A stretch of 64,000 nucleotides of DNA from a virus (IMGVR_UViG_3300008108_000109:1318-65317); one strand, 5' to 3'; positions 38,933 to 48,774 are shown, numbered from the stretch's first letter. Numbers and translations are program-made. Notes: a model not told the origin generated them from the letters alone.

Positions 38933-40649
38933 AAACTGTGTGGGGGTCGTTTTTGTCAAATTCTTTAAACTCAGTATCTACCAGATATTTACTATCAGAG
39001 CATTCAAGATAAAATGGATAGATTACATTCTCATCAAAAATGAATGCTCTTTGTAGTTTTAATATATCAGAATCTACAGAACAAAATAAATTACTCACAT
39101 CTTCTGCCATTTTAAATATCATATTTTTATTATTGAACATAAAAGCAAAACTTCCTGCATGTAAGGTATGTCCATGCTTGCCAGTATCAAGTATTTTTCC
39201 AGTTTTCATATAATGACTTACTGCCCGCTCAATCTCTCTATAGTGATTGCCAATGATACCATTATCATTTTTAACATATTCAAATAAAGAATCATAAAAT
39301 TTTCTGTATGATATGTTTAGATCATTGAAGAAGTGCTTTGCAATTAATTGAGTATATCCTGCTATATGGAATTGAATTATTAACCATCCATACATATATG
39401 CTTCAATTAGTTCATCATTGCTCATAGTATTTGTTTCTGATATTAGCTCTATAACTTCTTTTATATCATATTCATCATTGCTGAATGACATGTAATCTTC
39501 TGCCTTAATGGTTTTAATACCGAAAATTTCTCTAGAAGTCGCACTATTTAATTCAGTATCTCCAAACATTTGGCAGAACCAAACGTCAATTGATTCATGT
39601 TGCCCACACTCAAGAATTTTTGAAAATCCATCTTTCCAACTATCTAGAGTTTCATCTGGAAGACCAAGGATAAGTTCAGTATATGTTTTTACTCCATACT
39701 TTTTACTTTTCTCAATTTGTTCTGAGATTTTATTAATACTCATATTTTTACGCTTAATTGACTTAAGCGTTGGTTCATTCATGGTTTGAACACTTAATGT
39801 TACACCTCTACTAATGTCTCCAAGGATTTGTGCAATCTCAAAAATAACTTCGGTAGAATTTTTTGAGTATTGGACATTGATTGCTTCCAGTTTTCCTTTA
39901 TCTGCTGCTTTTCTAAACAATTTTGCAATCTCAACATCACGTTCTTTGAACATACCAAAATTTGCATCAGCATTAAAAATGAATCCAACATTATGCTTTG
40001 CTGCCCAATCAATATCTTCTTCAACTCTCGTTATATCAAAGTGCTTTACTTTTTGATATGTCATTCCACCCCAATCACAATAAGTGCATCTGTGGGGACA
40101 TCCGCGATTTGTTTCTATAGTCATTGACCATAAAACATTTGGATTATCATCAATAATTTTGTCGAAGATTCCCATTTGATAGGGACTAGGAAAATCTAAA
40201 GACTCAATTCTTTGTTTTACATATAGTCTTTCAAATGATTCTTTATTTGCAATTTTTCTAAGGAGATCTAAAAATGCCTCTTCACCTTCAGATACTATAA
40301 TACAATCAATAAAATCATACTCCAATAATTTACGAGTTGCTTGAGGACCACCAAATTCAATAATACAATTTGGATATTTTTCTTTAATTAATTTTGCTAC
40401 ATGTAAATTATACTGTTCATTCCATATGTAACAACTAAATGCACAAATTGAAGGGTTATCCAATCTATCAATAAGTTCTTTTGGATTCTCTCTTTTAAAA
40501 ATTAAGTCTTTTAAATTATATTCTTCAATAATATCATTGAACTGAGAACAGTATGCCCACAAGCAACCAACACTATATGGTAACCAATAAGTATCTTCAT
40601 TTCTAACTTCAACCGCATATTGTGGTTGAAACATGTAAAGATTTTTCAT
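38883..40649 (-). CDS. cobalamin-binding radical SAM protein (paralogue 1)
   Basis: ETNRGCPHRCTYCDWG (CxxxCxxC); N-terminal B12-binding-type AFSCYIWN..GGPQ..EGEE; DANFG; ELILGLP. Confidence 0.92.
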   Translation of the reverse strand: MKNLYMFQPQYAVEVRNEDTYWLPYSVGCLWAYCSQFNDIIEEYNLKDLIFKRENPKELIDRLDNPSICAFSCYIWNEQYNLHVAKLIKEKYPNCIIEFGGPQATRKLLEYDFIDCIIVSEGEEAFLDLLRKIANKESFERLYVKQRIESLDFPSPYQMGIFDKIIDDNPNVLWSMTIETNRGCPHRCTYCDWGGMTYQKVKHFDITRVEEDIDWAAKHNVGFIFNADANFGMFKERDVEIAKLFRKAADKGKLEAINVQYSKNSTEVIFEIAQILGDISRGVTLSVQTMNEPTLKSIKRKNMSINKISEQIEKSKKYGVKTYTELILGLPDETLDSWKDGFSKILECGQHESIDVWFCQMFGDTELNSATSREIFGIKTIKAEDYMSFSNDEYDIKEVIELISETNTMSNDELIEAYMYGWLIIQFHIAGYTQLIAKHFFNDLNISYRKFYDSLFEYVKNDNGIIGNHYREIERAVSHYMKTGKILDTGKHGHTLHAGSFAFMFNNKNMIFKMAEDVSNLFCSVDSDILKLQRAFIFDENVIYPFYLECSDSKYLVDTEFKEFDKNDPHTVFILRRKGLLKNQLCKV

Positions 40650-42445
40650 AATTTTACTATGGTGTTTTTATCAAGACCTTTTCTTTTTAATACCCACATA
40701 TCATACCTTTCACTTTCTTCTCGGGCATTGCAAATATTATATTGGGTCTCCTTATCTTCCCAAGTATCCAAATCAAACGGTAAAGATAATTTAATAGGAT
40801 ATTCTATATTTGGATTATATACAAATTCTTTTTGCATTGTAAGAATAGAATCTTCAACTTCCCAACAATTATTAATTAACTCAAATGTGTGTTCTTTATT
40901 ATCCCAAAATAATTTATAGTCTGTTGCCATAGACATTTCTAACGCATGTCCAGTACTGTCTATAACTTTACCAGTAGTCATGTAATTGTATATTTTATCA
41001 TAAAGATTTTTATAGTGATTGCCAAATAATACTGAATCATTTTTTATACAATCAAATAATTTATCATAAAATTTTCTGTAGGAAATTTGTTTTTTATTTC
41101 TATAATATTTTGATACTATTTGAGAGTATCCATTAATATGAAATTGAACAATCATCCAACTGTAAAGATATGCTTCAACTAATTCTTTAGTGTTTAATGT
41201 ATTTGTTGCTTTAATAATCTCTACTGTTTCTTTTATCTCGACACAATCTTTTGTGTTTGTGAAGGAAACATAATCTTCTGCATGAACAGTTTCAATGCCA
41301 TAAACTTCTCTTGATAAAGCACTATTAAGTTCTGTGTTACCAAACACCTGACAAAACCAAACATCAATTGATTCGTGTTGTCCACATTCAAGTAATGTAC
41401 AAAGTCCTTCTTTCCAAGATTCTAAGGTTTCGTCTGGAAGACCAAGAATTAATTCCGAATATGTACGAACCCCCCATTTTTTTGCTAGTTGCATATGTCC
41501 TGCTAAATCTTTTATATGAAGATTCTTTCTTTTAATTGCTTTTAGTGTTGGTTGGTTCATACTCTGAACACTTACGGTAACACCTCTTCTTGCAAATCCT
41601 CCCATTTCTTTTGTAATTTCAAAAACAACTTCATTAGAATTTTTAGAATATTGCAGAACAATATCTTCTATTTTGCTATTGGGATGATCTCCAGCACTTT
41701 TTAACATTTTGGCAATTTCCAAATCTCTCTCAGCAAATATGCCAAAGTTTGCATCTGTCATCATTAAGAATGCAACATTATTATCTCGTGCCCAGTTAAT
41801 ATCGTCTTGAACTCGTTGTAAGTTAAATTTAGATATTTTACTCATTGTTGTTCCACCCCAATCACAATAAGTGCATCTGTGGGGACATCCTCTATTGGAT
41901 TCAATTACTGTTGCCCAAAGAGTATTTGGATTTTCAGAAACTATTTTATCAAATATTCCAGACTGATATGGACTTGGAAATTCTAAATCAGTTATTCTTC
42001 CTCTCTCATAAACTTTATCAAGTTCATCTCCACGTATACACTTTGTCAATAGATCCAAAAAATTACATTCCCCATCACCACCAAGCATAATACAATCAAT
42101 AAAAGAATTATCCTCCAACATTTTTTTAGTTGCTTGAGGACCACCAAATTCAATAATACAATTTGGATATTTTTCTTTAATTAATTTTGCAATCGTTAGA
42201 CAATATTTTTCATTCCAAATATAACAACTAAAAGCACATATGAACGGATCTTCTAATCTTTCTAACAATTTTTCTGGATGTTCTCTTTTAAAAATTATAT
42301 CTTTTAGATCATAAAATGAATTAATGTAGTCATACTGAGAACAGTAACTCCACAAACAAGCAACACTATATGGTAACCAATAATTATCTTCTTTCCTTAC
42401 TTCAACAGAATATTGCGGTTGAAATAGATATATATTATTCTTCAT
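40646..42445 (-). CDS. cobalamin-binding radical SAM protein (paralogue 2)
   Basis: ESNRGCPHRCTYCDWG; same architecture; 4-nt overlap with paralogue 1. Confidence 0.92.
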   Translation of the reverse strand: MKNNIYLFQPQYSVEVRKEDNYWLPYSVACLWSYCSQYDYINSFYDLKDIIFKREHPEKLLERLEDPFICAFSCYIWNEKYCLTIAKLIKEKYPNCIIEFGGPQATKKMLEDNSFIDCIMLGGDGECNFLDLLTKCIRGDELDKVYERGRITDLEFPSPYQSGIFDKIVSENPNTLWATVIESNRGCPHRCTYCDWGGTTMSKISKFNLQRVQDDINWARDNNVAFLMMTDANFGIFAERDLEIAKMLKSAGDHPNSKIEDIVLQYSKNSNEVVFEITKEMGGFARRGVTVSVQSMNQPTLKAIKRKNLHIKDLAGHMQLAKKWGVRTYSELILGLPDETLESWKEGLCTLLECGQHESIDVWFCQVFGNTELNSALSREVYGIETVHAEDYVSFTNTKDCVEIKETVEIIKATNTLNTKELVEAYLYSWMIVQFHINGYSQIVSKYYRNKKQISYRKFYDKLFDCIKNDSVLFGNHYKNLYDKIYNYMTTGKVIDSTGHALEMSMATDYKLFWDNKEHTFELINNCWEVEDSILTMQKEFVYNPNIEYPIKLSLPFDLDTWEDKETQYNICNAREESERYDMWVLKRKGLDKNTIVKL

Positions 42446-43228
42446 AATTTAATCTTTTTTCCAACGCTTTATCGTAAAAATATTTATTGTCCCATCTGCG
42501 GATATTTCTTTCCATAAGTATATCATTATCTTTTCCATATGTAAAAAATTCATCTAAAGTAAAATTATCTTTATCGTGATGCCACCACTCATGATAGGCT
42601 TCATAACATTTTACAAAACTAAGTTTTGGATTCCAGGATAATTCTCCAAAAGGACCTTGATGACTGATTCCCGCAAAATATGGATTAATAGGAATAAGAG
42701 GAATTGAATAACAATTTCCAGATTGATTTATATAGTAATCTGGACCTCCAGAAGTTCCGTCATAATTTTTATCATCATGTATTCCAGAATTTCTATTTAA
42801 ATAAAAAGAATTTGAAATGTTATAATCAAACTTAAATTTACCACCAAAAAAATGGAGATCTAAAAGTTTTTCAACATATTCTCTTTTTAGTAAAGATGCT
42901 CCTAATGAATATTCTGGTTGGGTTGGATGCAAATAAAATGGAATTTTGTAAGGAGTTTCAAATCCAAGTTGAATGCAATCCCAATCATATGGAAGTCTAT
43001 CCATAAATTCTTCCCATTTAAAATGCCACAAAGGCATTAGAGATAAATCATAATCATCTTCCATAAAAATAAAAAATGGATCAGTTGTTGTTAATATCCA
43101 TTCCTCAAAAAATGTAAAAATAAGAGAAGCATACCAATTTATCCACTGGCAAGTATCTTTTGAATATGATCCAGATAATTTATTTAAAAAATCTTTTGGT
43201 GGTAAATAATTGGAAAATTATCTAACAT
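42435..43228 (-). pseudogene. glycosyltransferase family 25-like, 5' frameshift/deletion
   Basis: IFMEDD and LPYDWDCIQLG motifs typical of GT25; frame open 43217-42435 without ATG until 43064; ATG at 43228 (MLDNFPIIY) overlaps the upstream stop but is out of frame. Confidence 0.65.
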
Positions 43229-44799
43229 AGTGCTTCGGTAAGTCTTCTAGATAGTTCAAATTGAGTTTCTTCACTAGTTAATAAAGATCTGTCGTTAATA
43301 TTATAAAGTTCAAAATTATGACCTCTTTTATTTTGTGATAATGTTCCAGTATTCAGATACTGTGTAATTTGTTCTTTTGTTTCAAAATACTCATCTCTTA
43401 CTGGATTGTCAAAAGATAAAAGGACTTCTGTTAATAATTCATAGAATTTTCTATAAGTCATTCCACTATTTTTTGAAATCTCTTTAGTGTGACCATTATA
43501 GTGAAAATATCTAATTACCCAGAAGTACATGTAAGCTTCAATCATTTCTTCCGTTGACATAGTATTTGTTTTATTAACAATTACAGAATATTCAACAAAT
43601 CCATGATCTTCAGTATCACCATCAATAGATTCAATTGGCATATAGTTTAATGCATTGACACTTTCTATTCCATATAAGTTTTTTGATAACTCTGTTGCCA
43701 ATTCACTATTATTAAGAAGTTGACAGAACCAAACTTCCAAAGAATTATGTTGTCCACATTCCATTACAAGCGATATTCCATCTTTCCAAGATTCTAAGGT
43801 TTCTTCTGGTAAACCTAAAATCATTTCAGTATAAGTTTTAACGTTGTATTTTTGACTCAACTCCATATGACTTTTTAAGTTGTTTATATGAAGATTTTTT
43901 CTTTTGATTGCTTTTAATGTTGGTTGGTTTACACTTTGAACACTAATAGTAATTCCTCTTAGAGTATACACATCAAGTAAAGATGCCATTTTAAAAACAA
44001 CTTCTGTAGAATTTTTGGCATATTGCAAGATAATCTCTTTGACTGAACTATTGTCATCAAACTTTCTTTTCATTAATGCAGCAATTTCAAGATCCCTTTC
44101 TCTAAACATTCCAAAGTTTGCATCTGCAAGGAATATTGCATCAACATTATGAGTACGTATCCATTCAAGATCTGCTTCAACTCTGCTCATATCAAAAAAA
44201 CCAATACTACTTAATATAGTTCCACCCCAATCACAAAATGTACATCTATGAGGGCAACCTCTATTTGTTTCTAAAGTAGTTGCCCATTGATAATCTGGAT
44301 GTTTTTTAACTAACATGTCAAAAATTCCAGATTGATATGGACTTGGATAGTCTAAAGACTCTAATCTTTTTTTATCATAAACTTTAGGTATCTCTTGTTT
44401 ATTTAAAATACGAGTTAAAATATCGTAAAAACTTTCTTCTCCTTCAGCAACTATAATAGTATCAATAAAATCATATTGATCTTGCATTTTTACACATGCC
44501 TGTGGTCCACCAAATTCAATAATACAATTTGGGAATTTTTCTTTGATAAGTTTGGCAATACCTAAACAATATTGTTCATTCCAAACGTAAGTACTAAATG
44601 CACATATTGCTGGGTTATCTAATCTTTCTAACAATTCTTTAGGATTCTCTCTCTTAAAAATTACATCCTTTAAAATATAATTTTCTTGTATTTCTGGAAA
44701 TTGGCTACAGTAGCTCCATATGCAAGATACTGCATAAGGTAACCAATATTTTATCTTCCGATTACGCTTATACTGTGGTTGAAACAAGTAGACATTCAT
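43222..44799 (-). CDS. cobalamin-binding radical SAM protein (paralogue 3)
   Basis: ETNRGCPHRCTFCDWG; start MNVYLFQPQY aligns with the other two paralogues (ATG 44799). Confidence 0.92.
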   Translation of the reverse strand: MNVYLFQPQYKRNRKIKYWLPYAVSCIWSYCSQFPEIQENYILKDVIFKRENPKELLERLDNPAICAFSTYVWNEQYCLGIAKLIKEKFPNCIIEFGGPQACVKMQDQYDFIDTIIVAEGEESFYDILTRILNKQEIPKVYDKKRLESLDYPSPYQSGIFDMLVKKHPDYQWATTLETNRGCPHRCTFCDWGGTILSSIGFFDMSRVEADLEWIRTHNVDAIFLADANFGMFRERDLEIAALMKRKFDDNSSVKEIILQYAKNSTEVVFKMASLLDVYTLRGITISVQSVNQPTLKAIKRKNLHINNLKSHMELSQKYNVKTYTEMILGLPEETLESWKDGISLVMECGQHNSLEVWFCQLLNNSELATELSKNLYGIESVNALNYMPIESIDGDTEDHGFVEYSVIVNKTNTMSTEEMIEAYMYFWVIRYFHYNGHTKEISKNSGMTYRKFYELLTEVLLSFDNPVRDEYFETKEQITQYLNTGTLSQNKRGHNFELYNINDRSLLTSEETQFELSRRLTEALC

Positions 44800-44818
44800 A
44801 ACCAAAATCAATTTATTA

Positions 44819-44825
44819 TATTTAT
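44819..44825 (-). promoter_or_regulatory. late promoter ATAAATA for the radical SAM operon
   Basis: Plus-strand tatttat = ATAAATA on minus, 19 nt upstream of ATG 44799. Confidence 0.6.
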
Positions 44826-44827
44826 TC

Positions 44828-44834
44828 TAAATAA
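44828..44834 (+). promoter_or_regulatory. late promoter CTAAATA
   Basis: 25 nt upstream of ATG 44860. Confidence 0.6.
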
Positions 44835-44859
44835 TGATGGTAGTTAATTTATTAGTAAA

Positions 44860-45015
44860 ATGGAAGATCTCTTAGACATGATTGTTAGTGATGAAGCTCC
44901 ACATGCAATCTCTGACAAAATTAAAGAATTGATCTATGCAAAATCTGCAGAAAAGATTGAAGCAATTAGACCAAACGTATCAAACGCATTATTTAATTCA
45001 GAAGAAGAAGAATAA
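44860..45015 (+). CDS. small acidic prohead core protein (gp67-like position)
   Basis: 51 aa MEDLLDMIVSDEAPHAISDKIKELIYAKSAEKIEAIRPNVSNALFNSEEEE; not in ORF track; normally follows gp20. Confidence 0.75.
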   Translation: MEDLLDMIVSDEAPHAISDKIKELIYAKSAEKIEAIRPNVSNALFNSEEEE

Positions 45016-45043
45016 TAAATAACTAAATAGTCTGTTTATAATA

Positions 45044-45319
45044 ATGTCAACACGAATTAAAATTCTGGGGCAGGAATCTGCTCTTCCAACTACAACGGGA
45101 GCGGCGACTAGCTTTAGTGAGGCAACGGTTGTTCGTTTAGTTAATAGTTCAACCTCAGCAGATTATGTAGTTACAGTTGTTGCAAGTCAAAGTGGGTCTG
45201 TTATTGGATCATTTACTTTAATGAGAGCAACTTCTGAACTGTTAGAAAAGTTACCAACACATTGCGTTTACGCTTCAAACGCATCTGTTTTGGGTGCAAA
45301 AGTAGGATTCACAAACTAA
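45044..45319 (+). CDS. hypothetical protein (head module)
   Basis: 91-aa ORF preceded by ATAAATA (45015-45021) and CTAAATA (45023-45029). Confidence 0.8.
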   Translation: MSTRIKILGQESALPTTTGAATSFSEATVVRLVNSSTSADYVVTVVASQSGSVIGSFTLMRATSELLEKLPTHCVYASNASVLGAKVGFTN

Positions 45320-45325
45320 ACCACA

Positions 45326-45979
45326 ATGAAACTCATCAGAGAAGAAATCGAAAAGGTAGAAGTTCTTACCGAATCGGTAAATGGCAAAAAGAATCTCTTT
45401 ATTCAAGGAGTATTTCTACAAAGCGAGATGGTAAATCGCAATGGTAGAATGTATCCATTCTCTATTATGGAAAGAGAAGTAAAGAGATACACAAATGATT
45501 ATGTTAAAAAAGGACGTGCTTTGGGTGAATTAGGACACCCAGATGGTCCAACTGTTAACCTCGATAGAGTTTCACATAAAATTACCGAACTGAAGCAAGA
45601 CGGTAATAACTTTGTTGGTAAAGCACAAATCTTACACACTCCAATGGGTAAGATTGCAGAAGCATTACTTAAAGATGGAGTAACTCTTGGTGTTTCGTCT
45701 CGTGGTATTGGATCACTAAGAGAAAATATCAAAGGTGGTTATAAGGAAGTTGGTGAAGACTTCATGCTTGCAACTGCAGCAGATATTGTAGCTGATCCAT
45801 CTGCTCCTGATGCTTTTGTTCAAGGTGTTATGGAAGGTAAAGAGTGGGTTTGGGATGGAGGAATTCTTCGTGAAAAACTCGCACAACAGGCAAGAGATAG
45901 GGTTGAAGATTTAGTTAGAAGAAGAGAATTAGAAGAACATAAGTTAAACTTATTCAATGACTTTTTAAATTCTCTTTGA
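45326..45979 (+). CDS. gp21: prohead protease gp21
   Basis: NRNGRMYP, ALGELGHP, LGVSSRGIGS, DIVADPSAPDA catalytic motifs. Confidence 0.97.
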   Translation: MKLIREEIEKVEVLTESVNGKKNLFIQGVFLQSEMVNRNGRMYPFSIMEREVKRYTNDYVKKGRALGELGHPDGPTVNLDRVSHKITELKQDGNNFVGKAQILHTPMGKIAEALLKDGVTLGVSSRGIGSLRENIKGGYKEVGEDFMLATAADIVADPSAPDAFVQGVMEGKEWVWDGGILREKLAQQARDRVEDLVRRRELEEHKLNLFNDFLNSL

Positions 45980-46006
45980 GCATATATAGGTAAAAATTTT
46001 TATTTA

Positions 46007-46017
46007 ATAAATAAATA
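46007..46017 (+). promoter_or_regulatory. tandem late promoter ATAAATAAATA
   Basis: Upstream of gp22; GGAG SD before ATG 46052. Confidence 0.75.
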
Positions 46018-46051
46018 TAGATTAAATTCAAAGGTTAATCGGAGAGTTCAA

Positions 46052-47296
46052 ATGTCTAGTGGCAACAATTTACACGAAATGGAAGCAGGCACTTCACAAT
46101 CCAAGACCGCTGTTAATGCTGGTGCAAAAGCAGGGGATCCAATGCAGAAGCTAGCTCCTGGCGCAGTAGCAGGTCAAACTGGTTCATGGGAAGACCTTGG
46201 TGGTCCTACTCCAGAAAACTATAAGTCTGATGATAATTCAGCAGAACTTAAGACCCCAGGTAAAACCCTTCAGCAAGTTAGAAACGTAGTTAACAAAGGC
46301 GCAAAAGCAGCAGATCCAATGAAGGGTCTGAAGAAGAGCGATGCTGTTAAGGAAGAAGAAGAGATTGATTCCGAAGACATTCTCGATGAAGAAGAAGTAC
46401 TTGAAGATGAAGAAATCGTAGCAGAAGCTGCAGAAGAAGATGATGAGGAAGATGATGAGGACGAGGATGAAGATGAAAAGAAAGATAAGAAGAAAATGAA
46501 GGAAGAAGTAGAGGAAGAAGAAGAGGAAGAGGAAGAAGAGGAGGAAGAAGAGGAGGAGTTTGACATTGAAGAAGATGTCAATGCTCTTCTTGAAGGCGAA
46601 GATCTCTCGGAAGAATTCCAAGAGAAGGCGCGTACCATTTTTGAAGCTGCTCTGAGATCAAAGGTTGACGAGATCAAAGAAGCACTTATTGCTCAATATG
46701 ATGAAGCATATGAAGCAAGAATGGTAGAAGAAGTTACTGAGATTAAGGCAGCTCTTGAAGAAAGAGTTGATTCTTATCTTGAGTATGTTGCAGAAGAATG
46801 GATGACCGAGAATCAACTTGCAGTTGAGAGCGGTCTTAAGTCAGAAATGACTGAATCGTTCCTTTCAGGTATGAAGGAACTTTTTGAAGCACATTATGTA
46901 TCAATCCCTGAAGATAAATATGATGTTCTTGAGAGCATGGTAGAAAAACTTGATGAAATGGAGACAAAACTCAACGAGCAGATCGAAAGAAACATTGTCC
47001 TCAACAAGCGCCTCTCAGAGTCGGTTGCTGATGGAATCTTTGATGATGTTGCAGAGGGTCTAGCCCTCTCACAAAAAGAGAAGCTCGCTTCACTTGCCGA
47101 AAGTGTTGAGTTTGAAAGTGGCGAAAAATATCGTGAGAAACTGGAGATGCTGAAGGAATCATATTTCTCAGCGCAGAAAACTCCAAAAGCAAAAACAGAA
47201 AGTCTCTCAGAAGAAGTAGATGTAAATGCTGAGGGTTATACCCCAGACTACATGAATGCTTATCTGAAGACACTTTCAGCAGTTGCTAAAAAGTGA
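46052..47296 (+). CDS. gp22: prohead core scaffold gp22
   Basis: LSEEFQEKARTIFEAA, VDSYLEYVAEEW, LKESYF; highly acidic. Confidence 0.95.
   Translation: MSSGNNLHEMEAGTSQSKTAVNAGAKAGDPMQKLAPGAVAGQTGSWEDLGGPTPENYKSDDNSAELKTPGKTLQQVRNVVNKGAKAADPMKGLKKSDAVKEEEEIDSEDILDEEEVLEDEEIVAEAAEEDDEEDDEDEDEDEKKDKKKMKEEVEEEEEEEEEEEEEEEEFDIEEDVNALLEGEDLSEEFQEKARTIFEAALRSKVDEIKEALIAQYDEAYEARMVEEVTEIKAALEERVDSYLEYVAEEWMTENQLAVESGLKSEMTESFLSGMKELFEAHYVSIPEDKYDVLESMVEKLDEMETKLNEQIERNIVLNKRLSESVADGIFDDVAEGLALSQKEKLASLAESVEFESGEKYREKLEMLKESYFSAQKTPKAKTESLSEEVDVNAEGYTPDYMNAYLKTLSAVAKK
46420..46560 (+). repeat. poly-Glu/Asp low-complexity tract in gp22
   Basis: GAA/GAG/GAT runs encoding EEDDEEDDEDEDEDE..EEEEEEEEEEEEEEE. 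Confidence 0.9.
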
Positions 47297-47345
47297 ATTT
47301 AACATAATTCAAACAAAAACAAACACATTACAAAGGTAAAAGCAA

Positions 47346-48755
47346 ATGTTCCAATCCGAGCATCTGCAGGAAAAGTGGGCACCACTTCTCGACTATGATG
47401 GTCTTGATCCAATCAAAGATTCACACAGAAGAGCAGTAACCGCAGTCCTGTTAGAAAACCAAGAAAAATTCCTGAGAGAGCAATCTGCTTTCTCAAACGG
47501 AATCCTGATGGAATCCCCAACCAATAGCGCAAACGCTGCTGGTGCTTCAGGTGGATTCTCAGGTTCCGCTGCTGCTGCAGGTCCTGTAGCAGGTTTTGAT
47601 CCAGTTCTGATCTCACTCATCAGACGTGCAATGCCTAACCTGGTCGCTTATGACCTCGCAGGTGTTCAGCCAATGAGTGGTCCTACTGGACTCATCTTCG
47701 CAATGCGCTCACGTTACACCAATCAGTCAGGTGCTGAAGCTCTGTTCAACGAAGCAGATACAGTATTCTCTGGTCAGAATTCTGGTATTGGTCTAACTGC
47801 AGCATCTGACGTAAATGCTGGTTTAGGTACAACCACCCAGTATGGTTCAAACCCAGGTCTTCTTAATCCAATTGGTGCTGGTACTTCAACTGGTGCTAAT
47901 GGTTATAACGCTGGTCAGGGTATGTACACTGGAGATTCTGAGAATCTCGGTAACGGTGCTGGCAACCAGTTCAACGAGATGGCATTCTCAATCGAGAAGG
48001 TTCTTGTTGAAGCTAAGTCAAGAGCACTGAAGGCAGAGTACAGCCTTGAGCTTGCACAAGACCTCAAGGCAATCCACGGTCTGAATGCAGAAGCAGAACT
48101 TGCTAACATTCTCTCAACTGAGATCCTCGCTGAGATCAACAGAGAAGTTATCAGAACCATCTATAAGGTTGCTGAGCAAGGCGCTGCTGCTAACACTGCT
48201 ACCGCTGGTATCTTTGACCTTGATGTTGACTCCAACGGTCGTTGGTCAGTTGAGAAGTTCAAGGGTCTCCTGTTCCAAATCGAGCGCGACGCTAACGCTA
48301 TCGCACAAAGAACTCGTAGAGGAAAGGGTAACGTTATCATGTGTTCTGCTGACGTTGCATCTGCTCTCAGCATGGCTGGTGTTCTCGATTACACCCCTGC
48401 TCTGAATGCAAACCTCAACGTTGATGACACTGGTAACACCTTCGCTGGTGTTCTTCGCGGTAAGTATCGCGTATATATCGATCCTTATGCTGCAAACGTT
48501 GCTGCTCAGCAGTATTACGTTGTAGGTTATAAGGGTTCCAGCCCATATGACGCTGGTCTCTTCTACTGCCCATATGTTCCTCTCCAAATGGTTCGTGCCG
48601 TTGGTGAGAACACCTTCCAGCCCAAGATTGGCTTTAAGACCAGATACGGTCTTGTTGCTAACCCATTCGCTGAAGGCACCACTCAAGGTCTCGGCAGACT
48701 TCAAGTTAACGCAAACCGTTACTACAGAAGAGTTCAAATCAAGAACCTCATGTGA
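47346..48755 (+). CDS. gp23: major capsid protein gp23
   Basis: LIRRAMPNL..GVQPMSGPTGLIFAMR, SRALKAEYSLELAQDLKAIHG, FQPKIGFKTRYG. Confidence 0.99.
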   Translation: MFQSEHLQEKWAPLLDYDGLDPIKDSHRRAVTAVLLENQEKFLREQSAFSNGILMESPTNSANAAGASGGFSGSAAAAGPVAGFDPVLISLIRRAMPNLVAYDLAGVQPMSGPTGLIFAMRSRYTNQSGAEALFNEADTVFSGQNSGIGLTAASDVNAGLGTTTQYGSNPGLLNPIGAGTSTGANGYNAGQGMYTGDSENLGNGAGNQFNEMAFSIEKVLVEAKSRALKAEYSLELAQDLKAIHGLNAEAELANILSTEILAEINREVIRTIYKVAEQGAAANTATAGIFDLDVDSNGRWSVEKFKGLLFQIERDANAIAQRTRRGKGNVIMCSADVASALSMAGVLDYTPALNANLNVDDTGNTFAGVLRGKYRVYIDPYAANVAAQQYYVVGYKGSSPYDAGLFYCPYVPLQMVRAVGENTFQPKIGFKTRYGLVANPFAEGTTQGLGRLQVNANRYYRRVQIKNLM

Positions 48756-48774
48756 GTCTGGTCACAACTTATGC

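Noticed and set aside
44800-44859. Cobalamin riboswitch upstream of the rSAM operon
   Set aside because: Intergenic region is only 60 nt, AT-rich, with no B12-box
38256-45015. RiPP precursor peptide or mobile-element ends for the rSAM island
   Set aside because: Only nearby small ORF is the core-protein-like 44860-45015; no terminal repeats, integrase or transposase seen
46238-46677. Poly-Ser and poly-Phe/Leu antisense ORFs
   Set aside because: Simple reverse complement of the gp22 poly-Glu tract
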